DNA of 64,000 nt from a virus. Numbering within the stretch: position 1 is the stretch's first letter; each line of letters starts with the position of its first letter. Under the pieces are notes generated by a model. That model ran no database searches. It was not told the origin of the DNA and worked only from the letters and a program-made list of their open reading frames with translations. The stretch lies in IMG/VR virus record IMGVR_UViG_3300020392_000004, one strand, 5' to 3'. The translations under genes and the position numbers were made by a program. Shown piece after piece: positions 9,230 to 18,937 of this stretch.

Positions 9230-9521
9230 TTTTAGCCTCCTTTATATGCGTGTCGTGATTATATAAAGCAAGGAACCCATAATGTATGACTTTCAACAAG
9301 TCAGCACGATTGTATCCGTCCTTCTTACCGTATCTTTGTGCATACTTTAAGATATTACCGATACAGAATCCCTCTCCGTGACCACCGTCCATGATAAATT
9401 CAGTTGCCTGAAACTTATCCTTGGAGTAATGCTGGTCGTAAGTTTTATCTACATAGAGAGAGAACTCCTTGAGGAGTTCTTTCTCGTTGTATTTGTAGTC
9501 AACTTTGTTTTTTCCAAACAT
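9216..9521 (-). CDS. DUF3310-like conserved phage protein
   Basis: TYDQHY, GFCIGNILKYAQRYGKK, DLLKVIHY. Confidence 0.75.
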   Translation of the reverse strand: MFGKNKVDYKYNEKELLKEFSLYVDKTYDQHYSKDKFQATEFIMDGGHGEGFCIGNILKYAQRYGKKDGYNRADLLKVIHYGFLALYNHDTHIKEAKSDEN

Positions 9522-9528
9522 TGAAACC

Positions 9529-9557
9529 ATTATACTACTCGTAGTCTGATTCGTCAA
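9529..9557 (-). promoter_or_regulatory. Sigma70-like promoter TTGACG-N17-TATAAT
   Basis: Near-consensus, overlapping the 3' end of cobS; 7 nt between the -10 box and the ATG at 9521. Confidence 0.75.
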
Positions 9558-10791
9558 CTGGGTTTTCTTCTGAATCTGAAACTTCTGCTTCTTCGTTCAG
9601 ATTAACCCCAGCGTCAATCTTGGAATAAAGGTCAAGGATAGAGTTTCTAGTCTCGATATCGAATCTAGAAATACACATCTCAATTGACTTGAGTCTATCT
9701 TTGAACATTCTGAAAGCATTCACAATGTGAACAAGTCTTCTTGTTGTAATCACATCGTCAATACCACCTTCGTAGTAAGTTTTTCTGATTATGTCAGCCC
9801 AGTCAACCAACTTCTTGGTAAACTCTGAATCAACATCACCAGTCAACTCCATTTCTTTTTCAAGAATTTTCAATTCAGTTTTCACTGGTGGATATTCTTG
9901 TTGCATTGTGATTGCAAATCTTTCCAACATAGCTTCGTTCATGATTTGAGTTCCAATGAACTTTCCATCTTCGGAACCTTGTCCTTTAGTATTTGCAGTT
10001 GCAAGGATTGTGAACCCAGCTTTTGGAGTCACCCACTCACCAGTTTTCTTGATTAGGTATCCTTTACCTTCAAGAACTGATTGTAAACACATGAGTTTGT
10101 TAGAACCCAAGTCAACTTCGTCAAGAAGAAGAACAGCTCCTTTTCTCATGGCTTTGATAACAGGGCCTTCTCTGAAAACAATGTTTCCATTGACTAGAGT
10201 GTGACCACCCATTAAGTCATCTTCATCAGTTTCGATAGTAATGTTGACCCTGTAAAGTTCTCTCTTCAACTGGGCACACACTTGTTCAATCATAAGTGTT
10301 TTACCATTACCACTCAATCCAGTGACAAACACTGGGAAGAATATTTTAGACTTGATTATGTTCTTGACATCTTTGAAGTGTCCAAAAGGAACATAGTTAG
10401 ACATTTTCTCGGGAATGATTTTGACATTGTCGTCAAGAACATTCACGGACTCTGTTGCAGCTGCAACTGGCATGTTTGAAGGAACTGCCTTCGAAGGAAC
10501 AGCCACTGGTTGTGGTGCAACTGGAGTCTCACCACCGTGAGAATATCCACCGTTGTATCCACTGATTACAGCTTCAAGGTTGAAGAGAACAGAACCATCG
10601 GGTTGTTTCTCTTTGAATGGGAACCTAGACGACTTCACCCAATAAGGGAGATAACCATCGGTTGCCTCTTTGATTTCAGCCCTCGAGAACGAGGTCTGAT
10701 TAGGATAAGCAGAACATAGAGTATCTATGACCTCTGTCTTATCGGGGGTAAGAGTAAAGTCCTTACCATTCACTTTTATTGATTTCTTCAT
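9535..10791 (-). CDS. cobS: CobS-like MoxR-family AAA+ ATPase
   Basis: GLSGNGKT, LLLDEVD, ATANTKGQG, ERF; AGGAG RBS before ATG at 10791. Typical of marine T4-like phages. Confidence 0.9.
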   Translation of the reverse strand: MKKSIKVNGKDFTLTPDKTEVIDTLCSAYPNQTSFSRAEIKEATDGYLPYWVKSSRFPFKEKQPDGSVLFNLEAVISGYNGGYSHGGETPVAPQPVAVPSKAVPSNMPVAAATESVNVLDDNVKIIPEKMSNYVPFGHFKDVKNIIKSKIFFPVFVTGLSGNGKTLMIEQVCAQLKRELYRVNITIETDEDDLMGGHTLVNGNIVFREGPVIKAMRKGAVLLLDEVDLGSNKLMCLQSVLEGKGYLIKKTGEWVTPKAGFTILATANTKGQGSEDGKFIGTQIMNEAMLERFAITMQQEYPPVKTELKILEKEMELTGDVDSEFTKKLVDWADIIRKTYYEGGIDDVITTRRLVHIVNAFRMFKDRLKSIEMCISRFDIETRNSILDLYSKIDAGVNLNEEAEVSDSEENPVDESDYE

Positions 10792-10819
10792 ATAGTCTCC
10801 TTTTCTCATCAATACATAT

Positions 10820-10849
10820 ATGCTAACAGAAAGCTGGGGTCATTGTCAA
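10820..10849 (-). promoter_or_regulatory. Early promoter TTGACA-N18-TAGCAT
   Basis: One of three GCCTTGAC[AT]-N18-TAGCATA copies. Confidence 0.75.
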
Positions 10850-10853
10850 GGCC

Positions 10854-11126
10854 CTATTTGATAGGTTCAAGGTTCCTTCCCATTTTCTCAATACATTTAA
10901 TCTTATCACCTTTCTTATTTTTTTCAGTAAGATAAGGTTCACCATTATTCACCCAAGTCCTAAATGCAAAACATTCAACCTTCTCATCTCTACATTGGTT
11001 GTAATTATCACAGTTATGGAAAACACAGGGACTTGGCCCAACTTCCATTACAGCGTCAGCGAACTTTGAAACATTCTCCACTGTTGGAATGTAATAACTT
11101 GGGTCTACTCTTAACGGTTCTCTCAT
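10854..11126 (-). CDS. Hypothetical Cys-rich protein
   Basis: PC...NC....QC.....EC.AF..WV pattern, a possible metal site. Confidence 0.65.
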   Translation of the reverse strand: MREPLRVDPSYYIPTVENVSKFADAVMEVGPSPCVFHNCDNYNQCRDEKVECFAFRTWVNNGEPYLTEKNKKGDKIKCIEKMGRNLEPIK

Positions 11127-11303
11127 TTAGTCACTCCCAGTAATATCATCTAATAAATCCAAGTCTACTTTTTCCAATAGTGTGACCTTGAACTTTTCAC
11201 CTACTGTTTCTACTATGTGAGGAACTTCTACACCCTTTGAACTTGCAATGTCCACTCTTTGTGTGAATTCCCTATAGTCGTCTTTATTCAGAATTGCTTC
11301 CAT
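11127..11303 (-). CDS. Hypothetical protein, 58 aa
   Basis: Hand translation MEAILNKDDYREFTQRVDIASSKGVEVPHIVETVGEKFKVTLLEKVDLDLLDDITGSD; coupled to both neighbours. Confidence 0.65.
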   Translation of the reverse strand: MEAILNKDDYREFTQRVDIASSKGVEVPHIVETVGEKFKVTLLEKVDLDLLDDITGSD

Positions 11304-13702
11304 TATGCTATCTCCTTGATAAATTCATTAGTCAAAAACCTAGATGTTGTCTTTGACTTTTGGTTTTTCTTGAAAGCAGCCAACACTTTAGTTTTTTTAG
11401 CGTCGACCAACTCGTCATCTAGTTCGTCTGAACCTTCCACTCCAAGATTTGAAGCAGCGGTTATGAATAGTTTGTTGTATCCGTGGGAGTCCATTACGAA
11501 TCCACCTTTTCTTGCTTGTCTCCAAGCACTGTCTGTATCTGTTTCCCAATGAACAAGTTCTGCCTCTCTGATAACTTGAACTGCCTCATGTTTCTTTCCA
11601 CAAACAAAGTATCCAGTGATTATACTTCCTGTTTCTTTACTCAACCAGTGTAGAAGGTTTTGAGTAGTTTTGAAACTAGAACCACCACTGTATCTTTCAG
11701 CGTCTTGTAAAGGGTAAACTTTTCTTGAATATGGGTCAATGATTTCTCTGATATGTTTTGTATCCCATCTGTCAGTTTCACCTCTTTGTTCTCTCTCACT
11801 TGCATACTCGTCATCTTTTTTCTCAAGACTTCTTGCAGAGTGTGAATACCCGTCTGTAATAACTGTTAGGATTGACTTTTCAATTCCGTAGTTCTTGATA
11901 AAGTTTCTCAATAGAGTTCTTGAAGCAACAAGTGCTTGGTCTAGAGGAGTTCCACCTAGCTGCATTTCTCTAGGAATATATTCTCTAGGAATATCAATGT
12001 ATCCACCCATGTGATTACCATAACCGTCATCTTTGAAAAATGGTTCTTGATATCCTCTATACCACTCATCATACTTTTGAACTTTCTTTTCCCAACCTCT
12101 TCCCCAAGCATAACCAAGTTTCTCATAGAAATACTCATTGTAGATTGAAGAGAACCAAACACAAGCTTTCTTGAAATCTTTTCCACTCATTTCATTTGAG
12201 AACAATTCAATCAATGTAGAGTTGTCACTTCTCCATTCACTGTCAGCGTCTCTTCTGTAAGCGTCACTGAATAAGTAAACTCTGTGAGGAATGTTAACTT
12301 TTCTACAGAACATTGTAAGAATATATGCTTGTTCTAGAATGTCCATGACCTCACCACAAATAGAACCACTCCAGTCAACTAGAATATTGACACCATGGTT
12401 TTTACCGTCAGGCATGTAAGTCACTCTTTTGAAAACATCATCAACAATCTGATATTTTGCAAGTCTGTTCATATCCAACTTACCAGTTTTACCACTGAAT
12501 GAATGAACAGCTCTTTGTGCAGTTTGTCTCATTTCAAACTCTTTTGCCATGTGCATGACAATTGCTTTGTTCTTCTGTTCCATTTTCTTTGCAGTCCACT
12601 TTGCTCTTCCAAGAGACTGTTCTTTGTATTTGAAACCGTATTCTTCTTTACCACCTTCGTGGAATGTTTCGAATAGTTTGTGGAGTTCTTTGTAAGAAGT
12701 CACATAGTCTTTGAAGTAATCTGCATTCTTGAATCTTTCACCAAGGTCAATTTGATACTTGGTATGGTTTGAATCTGAAATGAACATTTCTTCATTGTTG
12801 TGTGCATTGTGTTCTGTGATAGATTCTCTTGCACCGTCTTTGTCATCGAAGTCTGAAGCTTCAGCAGGATTACCTTTACTTGCAATACTTCCAGTAGGTT
12901 TTTCTTCTTCTGTTTCTTCTTCACCTTCGTCTGATTCTTCTTCACCACTTCCTGTAGTTTCTTGTTCTACTTCGGGAAGATTGTCCTCTTCCTCTTCTTC
13001 TGAATCTGAATAACTGTCACTGTAAGATTCTTCACCTTCGTTCTCTTCGAAGTCTTCGAAGTCATCTTCACCTTCTTCTTCGTCACCAACATCAAACATT
13101 TGAGGAACTAACGATTCATCAACTTCTGTTCTTACTTCGTTTTCTTTTGACCACTCATAGATTGCAGTTGCACATTCTTCAACCTCTTCCCATGTTTGAC
13201 ATTTCATTGACCAGTCAAGGAAGAATTTTTCTTCTTTAGAAAGATTGATATTTACTCTAGAACCACACTTTGTAATCAAGTTGATTTTGTCAATCAATGA
13301 ACATTCTTTGTCTAGGTCTCTTCCCTTGACTCCAAAGAAATCCATTTCCATAAGTTCATTGTATGCTTTGAAGAATGACTTTCTTAAGCCTGGATATTTG
13401 TCTTTGATAAATCTCTCGATTCTGACATCTTCAACAACATTGAGATATCCTTTGAGAGTTCTGTTTTTAGTGACAGCAGAATGAACACCTTCAAATGGTG
13501 TATGTAATGCATGAGAAACTTCGTGACCCATGAACAAGTCATAAAGTTCGGAAGATATATCTTCTTTAAGAATAGGACAACAAAGTAATCTATTCTTTAA
13601 GTCGAAGTATGCAGTAGGAACCTTCCTATGAACAATAGTAAGATTCTCTGTTGCCATTAGTCTGGCAAGGTTGTCTTTTTGGTTTGTTAGTCTCTCATTC
13701 AT
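11303..13702 (-). CDS. CobT-like metallopeptidase/VWA-domain protein
   Basis: HEVSH motif, NVVEDVRIE, acidic linker, MIDAS DWSGS, GGTPL, VITDG; partner of the CobS-like ATPase. Confidence 0.85.
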   Translation of the reverse strand: MNERLTNQKDNLARLMATENLTIVHRKVPTAYFDLKNRLLCCPILKEDISSELYDLFMGHEVSHALHTPFEGVHSAVTKNRTLKGYLNVVEDVRIERFIKDKYPGLRKSFFKAYNELMEMDFFGVKGRDLDKECSLIDKINLITKCGSRVNINLSKEEKFFLDWSMKCQTWEEVEECATAIYEWSKENEVRTEVDESLVPQMFDVGDEEEGEDDFEDFEENEGEESYSDSYSDSEEEEEDNLPEVEQETTGSGEEESDEGEEETEEEKPTGSIASKGNPAEASDFDDKDGARESITEHNAHNNEEMFISDSNHTKYQIDLGERFKNADYFKDYVTSYKELHKLFETFHEGGKEEYGFKYKEQSLGRAKWTAKKMEQKNKAIVMHMAKEFEMRQTAQRAVHSFSGKTGKLDMNRLAKYQIVDDVFKRVTYMPDGKNHGVNILVDWSGSICGEVMDILEQAYILTMFCRKVNIPHRVYLFSDAYRRDADSEWRSDNSTLIELFSNEMSGKDFKKACVWFSSIYNEYFYEKLGYAWGRGWEKKVQKYDEWYRGYQEPFFKDDGYGNHMGGYIDIPREYIPREMQLGGTPLDQALVASRTLLRNFIKNYGIEKSILTVITDGYSHSARSLEKKDDEYASEREQRGETDRWDTKHIREIIDPYSRKVYPLQDAERYSGGSSFKTTQNLLHWLSKETGSIITGYFVCGKKHEAVQVIREAELVHWETDTDSAWRQARKGGFVMDSHGYNKLFITAASNLGVEGSDELDDELVDAKKTKVLAAFKKNQKSKTTSRFLTNEFIKEIA

Positions 13703-13708
13703 ATGTAT

Positions 13709-13738
13709 ATGCTACCATAAAGCCTGACACATAGTCAA
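13709..13738 (-). promoter_or_regulatory. Early promoter TTGACT-N18-TAGCAT
   Basis: Second copy of the motif; 6 nt between the -10 box and ATG. Confidence 0.75.
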
Positions 13739-13746
13739 GGCTTAAT

Positions 13747-13866
13747 TTACTCACTGTTTTCAAGGGCTTCCAGTGCATACGCAACTGCTTGGTCTTCATT
13801 TAGACCTTTTTCAAGTCCCTCTTCGAACATGTTTTCTAAAAATATTTCTGTATATTCACAACTCAT
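13747..13866 (-). CDS. Small acidic early protein, 39 aa
   Basis: Hand translation MSCEYTEIFLENMFEEGLEKGLNEDQAVAYALEALENSE; has its own promoter. Confidence 0.6.
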   Translation of the reverse strand: MSCEYTEIFLENMFEEGLEKGLNEDQAVAYALEALENSE

Positions 13867-13872
13867 ACTACT

Positions 13873-13902
13873 ATGCTACCAAAAAAGCATAGTCACTGTC
13901 AA
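13873..13902 (-). promoter_or_regulatory. Early promoter TTGACA-N18-TAGCAT
   Basis: Third copy of the motif; 6 nt between the -10 box and ATG. Confidence 0.75.
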
Positions 13903-13910
13903 GGCTTGAG

Positions 13911-14696
13911 TTAGAATTTTTTGGCGTAATTCAGATATTCATGCCAGAGTTCTTTATTTCTGTGCATTTCAGTCTGTTTTGTGAATAGGGTATCACCCAA
14001 ATCAAAAGGTAGGTGGTGTTTAATAGAAGATTCATCTTGGTCTAAATCTTGGACATAATTTTGAGTTGCACATTTTTCAATGTCATCTGTAAACCATATT
14101 GCCATTGTGTGTCTAGACTTTCTTCTGACTTTAAAAACACCATGAGAATGATAGATTCCTTGGAATAATAATCCGTCACCAGCTTTTCTGTCTTCACCCA
14201 TGTTTGCAGATTGCCAACCAAAAGGGTAATAATCAGAAGGTGGAAAATATGTTTCACCACCACTGTGGTCATCATTTAGATATAAGATACAAGTCCATTC
14301 TCTTGAAGGGCCTCGTTCTCCTCTCTGTATCTTCCCCTCATACTCGGGGTCTATTGCCATTTCTTGATTAGAATATGTATCTAGGTGAGGATTTTGGACA
14401 CCACCAATTGGCCACTCTGTGACTGTTGCCATTTCTGTGTGGTAAACTCTGTTTGTTGCTTTATATATCTCTGCAATGCAATGATTTTCTACTTGCTGAA
14501 AGATTCTACGAATCGTTTCATTTCGTATATGCATTTTACGGATTCCCCAATAGTCGGAACCGTCACCAACTCTACGAAGATGTTTGTGACTCAAGTGCCA
14601 CCGAATCATCGTTTGGCACTGTTCCTCCGTTAGTATCGGAATCAGCTTGTGATTGTATACTTTGGAGTTGTCTAGCAATTTCCATTCTGCGCTCAT
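13911..14696 (-). CDS. 2OG-Fe(II) oxygenase (prolyl 4-hydroxylase-like)
   Basis: HLD...ILYLNDDHSGGETYF...HGV...R motif set. Confidence 0.85.
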   Translation of the reverse strand: MSAEWKLLDNSKVYNHKLIPILTEEQCQTMIRWHLSHKHLRRVGDGSDYWGIRKMHIRNETIRRIFQQVENHCIAEIYKATNRVYHTEMATVTEWPIGGVQNPHLDTYSNQEMAIDPEYEGKIQRGERGPSREWTCILYLNDDHSGGETYFPPSDYYPFGWQSANMGEDRKAGDGLLFQGIYHSHGVFKVRRKSRHTMAIWFTDDIEKCATQNYVQDLDQDESSIKHHLPFDLGDTLFTKQTEMHRNKELWHEYLNYAKKF

Positions 14697-15198
14697 AATC
14701 TAATCTCTTTCTTCTCTCTTTTGGTCGAGCCTGTAATGCTCTTTCTATTTTCAATCGAGAAGCTCTTTGTAGGAATATAATACCGTTTAGGTGGTCTAAT
14801 TCATGTTGAACACACCTTGAACCTATTCCATCTAATTGTAAGGTTCTTCTCTCTCCGTCTGAATCTGTATAATCAAACTCTATAACTTTTGACCTCTTTA
14901 TCATTAAGTATATATCGGGGAAAGAAAGGCAACCTTCTTTCATTAATTCTGTTTCTTGGGATAACTTTGTAATCTCGGGATTGAAGAATGCTTTGGTTCC
15001 ACTATCTGCTGTTTTCATAACAAAAACTCTATAATCTAAACCTAATTGATTTGCAGATAAACCTATACCTCCAAATCTATCCATGGCTTCTCCAAGATTT
15101 TTTTCTATTTCTTTTGGGTCTTCGGGTGGATTTTCGAAATCGAACTCTGTTGTAGGGTTGCGTAAAACCTTCGAAGCTTCTTCTACTAAATCATACAT
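14572..15198 (-). CDS. def: Peptide deformylase
   Basis: GIGLSANQLG, EGCLS, QHELDHLNG. Confidence 0.95.
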   Translation of the reverse strand: MYDLVEEASKVLRNPTTEFDFENPPEDPKEIEKNLGEAMDRFGGIGLSANQLGLDYRVFVMKTADSGTKAFFNPEITKLSQETELMKEGCLSFPDIYLMIKRSKVIEFDYTDSDGERRTLQLDGIGSRCVQHELDHLNGIIFLQRASRLKIERALQARPKERRKRLDYERRMEIARQLQSIQSQADSDTNGGTVPNDDSVALESQTSS

Positions 15199-15200
15199 AA

Positions 15201-16484
15201 TTAAAATTTTACTGTTGGATTCACTTTCACATTTACATCTAATTCAAACACTCTTATTGATTCATGAATCCCTTTATTTATAAGGTCTTTAACACCCTTA
15301 ACTAATTCTTGTATTTTTTCTTTGAACCAATTGAAGGCTGCTTTAAGTTTCTGAAATATCCAACTTATTATAGATTTTATTTTATCTAAAAATTTTCCCT
15401 CGTCTATAACCCCTTCGGTTAACATATTATTTGCAAGTTCTATCTGTTCGTTTGCACCTGTCTCTATCTCACCAGTCTTATCTAAAAGAACTTTTGCTGA
15501 AACTCTAACTGCTTGGTAAAAATTATATCCTGCTTTTTGGCCACTAACTTTATATGAACCCGATTTTAAATCTGCACGAATTCCCATTTTTGCAGCTGTC
15601 TTACTTGCAAAATTTTTATCTATTGGAAGCATTTTGATTCTATCCATTTTATAATCCCATATAACCATATGAGTTGCTTCTGCAAGTGGGTCACCTTTCC
15701 CTTTATTAAATGCTTTACCACCAAACTTTTCAAACCCAGTCATGGCTTCATATGCAAATGCAGTTCCTACTTCGGGGTCTTTGAATGCTTTTTCGAATAG
15801 TTTATTGACATCGTCTTTAGTTTTATCTTGTTCGTCAATTATTTTCTTTGCAGCTTCATTTCCAGTTTTGATTGCTTCTTCGGGTGTCATTTTTTTAAGA
15901 ACACCAGCATTAACCTCTTCACCAATAGTTCGTGTATTATCAACAAAACTATCTACTGCATTTATTAAATCTGTTCTTAAAGGTTCACTTACCTTTGCCA
16001 TTTCTACAGCTGCCAATACGGTTGCTTTTGATTCACCTTTTTTACCCGACATTAATTGTGCAACTGGGCCCTTAACAGAACACTTCTGTCCAGCTAATAA
16101 TATATCAGTTTTAGATGTATCTTTACCTGTTTTACCACTCAATTCACTCCATATGGGTGACATATTTCTTTTTGATTGACCAAAACCTGCGTCATGTTTA
16201 CCACTTGGAATTTTTCTTTTACAAACTTTTGCAAAATTATATAAAATTTTATATTTTTCTTCTTTGTCTTTTGTTTTTGCAACTGCCCAATTACCTTTTG
16301 CAACTCGAAGAAAACCTTGAACATAATCATCTTTTTGCATTTCTACTTTAAACTTTTCGAAAGGTAGTTTTGCATGTTGTGTGCAAGCAACTATGACTCC
16401 TTCAAAGTAAGTAGAAGCATCAGCAGAAGCCTCCATTAGATTCTCTTTTCTTTCTTTTATAAGTCTGTAGACTGTTTCTGACAT
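15201..16484 (-). CDS. Hypothetical protein, possible PD-(D/E)XK-like fold / internal head protein
   Basis: FE...SKTDI...CSVK pattern; N-terminal L-x-E site. Confidence 0.5.
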   Translation of the reverse strand: MSETVYRLIKERKENLMEASADASTYFEGVIVACTQHAKLPFEKFKVEMQKDDYVQGFLRVAKGNWAVAKTKDKEEKYKILYNFAKVCKRKIPSGKHDAGFGQSKRNMSPIWSELSGKTGKDTSKTDILLAGQKCSVKGPVAQLMSGKKGESKATVLAAVEMAKVSEPLRTDLINAVDSFVDNTRTIGEEVNAGVLKKMTPEEAIKTGNEAAKKIIDEQDKTKDDVNKLFEKAFKDPEVGTAFAYEAMTGFEKFGGKAFNKGKGDPLAEATHMVIWDYKMDRIKMLPIDKNFASKTAAKMGIRADLKSGSYKVSGQKAGYNFYQAVRVSAKVLLDKTGEIETGANEQIELANNMLTEGVIDEGKFLDKIKSIISWIFQKLKAAFNWFKEKIQELVKGVKDLINKGIHESIRVFELDVNVKVNPTVKF

Positions 16485-16488
16485 GATA

Positions 16489-17208
16489 CTATTTGTTTCT
16501 TTGATTACCGATTGCGTCTGTATAAGATAATGTTAAAGGTAATAATTCTCTGATAGGTAAATCAATTGCAATTGTATTAACAGATATATTAGGGTCAATC
16601 AACATTGCAGTCAAAAATCTATGGTGACCGTCAATAATTGCATTGTCATTAGATATAATGAATATGTTTTTGTCACTTTTTAAAAACTTCAAACTATCTT
16701 TTAAATCATAGTCTGCAATATTCTTAAATGACTTGTCGAAATATATTTGTTTTTGTATGGGTTTCAAATTTTTTACTGCAACCTTTTTTGCACTTACAGT
16801 GACAATATCGTCCTTTGCATTACCGTCAAATCTAGGTAGACCACTTTTAACCCATGTCTTACCTGTATTCCTATCTAACCCCTGTGGGAAAGGTTCATCG
16901 GGAAGGTCGTTCTTTGCAAATGGAGCTCTTATATCTATAAGTCCATTTGATAATCTCTTTTGAAAATTCTTAACATCTGTATTATCAATTACGGGCATAT
17001 CTTTTCTTTTTGCAAACCCTTTTGCAGCTAGTTTTTTTGCCATTTCAAAATTCTTTTTGAATGACGGTATCATCTCTTCTATCTTTACACCCTTTGATTT
17101 TGCATGTTCTAAAGCCTTTTCATAGCTAGTTTTAACCAACTCTAGGGTTCCCGCAGCTGCACCACCACCCTCCATAACTGTTCTTATGTCTTTGATTAAT
17201 TTATCCAT
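16489..17208 (-). CDS. ParB/Srx-like nuclease-domain protein
   Basis: LKPIQKQIY, IIS.DN.IIDGHHRF. Confidence 0.75.
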   Translation of the reverse strand: MDKLIKDIRTVMEGGGAAAGTLELVKTSYEKALEHAKSKGVKIEEMIPSFKKNFEMAKKLAAKGFAKRKDMPVIDNTDVKNFQKRLSNGLIDIRAPFAKNDLPDEPFPQGLDRNTGKTWVKSGLPRFDGNAKDDIVTVSAKKVAVKNLKPIQKQIYFDKSFKNIADYDLKDSLKFLKSDKNIFIISNDNAIIDGHHRFLTAMLIDPNISVNTIAIDLPIRELLPLTLSYTDAIGNQRNK

Positions 17209-17213
17209 AGAAC

Positions 17214-17221
17214 TATTTATA
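17214..17221 (-). promoter_or_regulatory. Late promoter TATAAATA
   Basis: Exact consensus upstream of the ParB-like gene. Confidence 0.75.
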
Positions 17222-18937
17222 TTATTCTGCTATTCTTGAGAAATTTTTGTATTTTTCAAACTTAATTACATTCTCAAATTTATCATATAAGATATCACCT
17301 TTATGAGATATAACAAATGCATTTGTATTCTCTGTAAGTGTGTTCAACATTTTCATGAACTCATCTGTTCCAGCAGCGTCTAATGAAGAATCAAACACCT
17401 CGTCTAGTATCAGTAGATTAGTATTTACAGAGTTCTTCATTCTTGCAACTGCTCTCCATGTGAATAGTAATGCAAGGTCAATCCTCATTTTCTCACCTTG
17501 AGAGAAGTTCTCATATTTGAATACATCTCTGAATCTAGATTTGATTGTTTCATCAAAACTTTCGTCTAGTTCAAACCCAACATAAAATTCTAATTGTGCA
17601 AGATACTTGTTAATTAGTTTATTCATGATAGGAACATATTGTTTTATTATCTTCTCTTTTACACCTTGGTCTCTTAATAGAAGAGTTGCAATTTCTAAAT
17701 AATGACCGTGTTCAGACAAGTGTTCTTTCTTTTTAACAAGTATTGATAAGTCGTCCTCTGCTTTTGTTAGGTCTTCATGTGTATCAGTATTACCTTCTTG
17801 TTCCTTTTCTAATGAATCTATTTCACCTTGTAGTTTCTTAATATACTTTTGATTAGATACAACCTCTGTCTGTAGTAAACCAATCTCTCTTTGTATTTCA
17901 GAAATCTCGTCTTGGATTATATTGATTCCTTGAATTCTTTCGTGGAGTTCTTTGATTTGTTGGTCGAGAGTTGACAACGCCTCCTTGACTTCTGCAACCT
18001 TCTGATTCTTTTCTTGAATGCATTTTTCTTTGTGTTCATGGTCTAGACCCTGTTTACATGTTGGACAGTTGTCGTGGTTTTCATAAAACTCAATGTCTGC
18101 AATTGCTTTCTTTCGAGCTCCTTCCAATTGTTTCTCCACCTCAATTGTTTGTTGCAATCTATCTTCCGTAGAAACTTTATCCTCGATACTGGATTTTTTC
18201 TCCACCACATTTTTCGTCTTTTCATCAACTTCTCCTAAAATTTTTGTTATATTGTTTTGGGTTTGCTCTATCGTTGATTCGAATTTAGAGATTTTTTCTT
18301 CTCTATTTTCACGGAGTGCATTAAGTTGAGAATTCAAACCATTGATTCTTTCTTCAAGTATTGCAATTTCATGTTGATTTTCTTTTATATCTAATGCATG
18401 ATTAGATTTCTTTTTTCTCAACAATTGCATCATGGTTGTAAATATGGTAATATCCAAAAGGTCTTCTACTAACTTTCTTCTATCTTTTGCTCTTAACTGC
18501 ATGAATGGAGTAAAGTTTGCAGAACCTAGGATTGCCACCTGTGTAAAAGAACGATAACTCATTTTGAGTATGTTAGATTCTAGGTGGTCTTGATAGTCAC
18601 GGACACTGGCGTCTTGGTTTACCATAATACCATTACACCATAACTCAAACTTATTAGGTTTGGTTCCACGGACTATCTTATAGTCTTTTTTCCCGATTGT
18701 AAAATCAAGTTCGACTAATAAATCTTTTTGATTAATAGAGTTTACAAGAAGGTCTTTCTTGAGGTTTCTGAATCCACGACCATACAATGCATAACATAAT
18801 GCATCTAATAGTGTGGATTTACCAGCACCATTCTCTCCCAATATAAGTGTAGTTTGGTGAGTGTTGAGTGGTATAGTTGTAAATCGGTTTCCCGAAGATA
18901 ACAAATTTTTGTATCTTACTTCTGTAAATTTTATCAT
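17222..18937 (-). CDS. gp46: Recombination endonuclease subunit gp46 (Rad50/SbcC-like)
   Basis: GENGAGKST, CPTC hook, FSQGEKMRIDLA, LDEVFD, ISH. Confidence 0.97.
   Translation of the reverse strand: MIKFTEVRYKNLLSSGNRFTTIPLNTHQTTLILGENGAGKSTLLDALCYALYGRGFRNLKKDLLVNSINQKDLLVELDFTIGKKDYKIVRGTKPNKFELWCNGIMVNQDASVRDYQDHLESNILKMSYRSFTQVAILGSANFTPFMQLRAKDRRKLVEDLLDITIFTTMMQLLRKKKSNHALDIKENQHEIAILEERINGLNSQLNALRENREEKISKFESTIEQTQNNITKILGEVDEKTKNVVEKKSSIEDKVSTEDRLQQTIEVEKQLEGARKKAIADIEFYENHDNCPTCKQGLDHEHKEKCIQEKNQKVAEVKEALSTLDQQIKELHERIQGINIIQDEISEIQREIGLLQTEVVSNQKYIKKLQGEIDSLEKEQEGNTDTHEDLTKAEDDLSILVKKKEHLSEHGHYLEIATLLLRDQGVKEKIIKQYVPIMNKLINKYLAQLEFYVGFELDESFDETIKSRFRDVFKYENFSQGEKMRIDLALLFTWRAVARMKNSVNTNLLILDEVFDSSLDAAGTDEFMKMLNTLTENTNAFVISHKGDILYDKFENVIKFEKYKNFSRIAE

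Noticed and set aside
9535-13702. Cobalamin-biosynthesis auxiliary genes
   Set aside because: The CobS/CobT-like pair is a MoxR AAA+/VWA chaperone module common in T4-like phages; no cobN or other cob genes are present.
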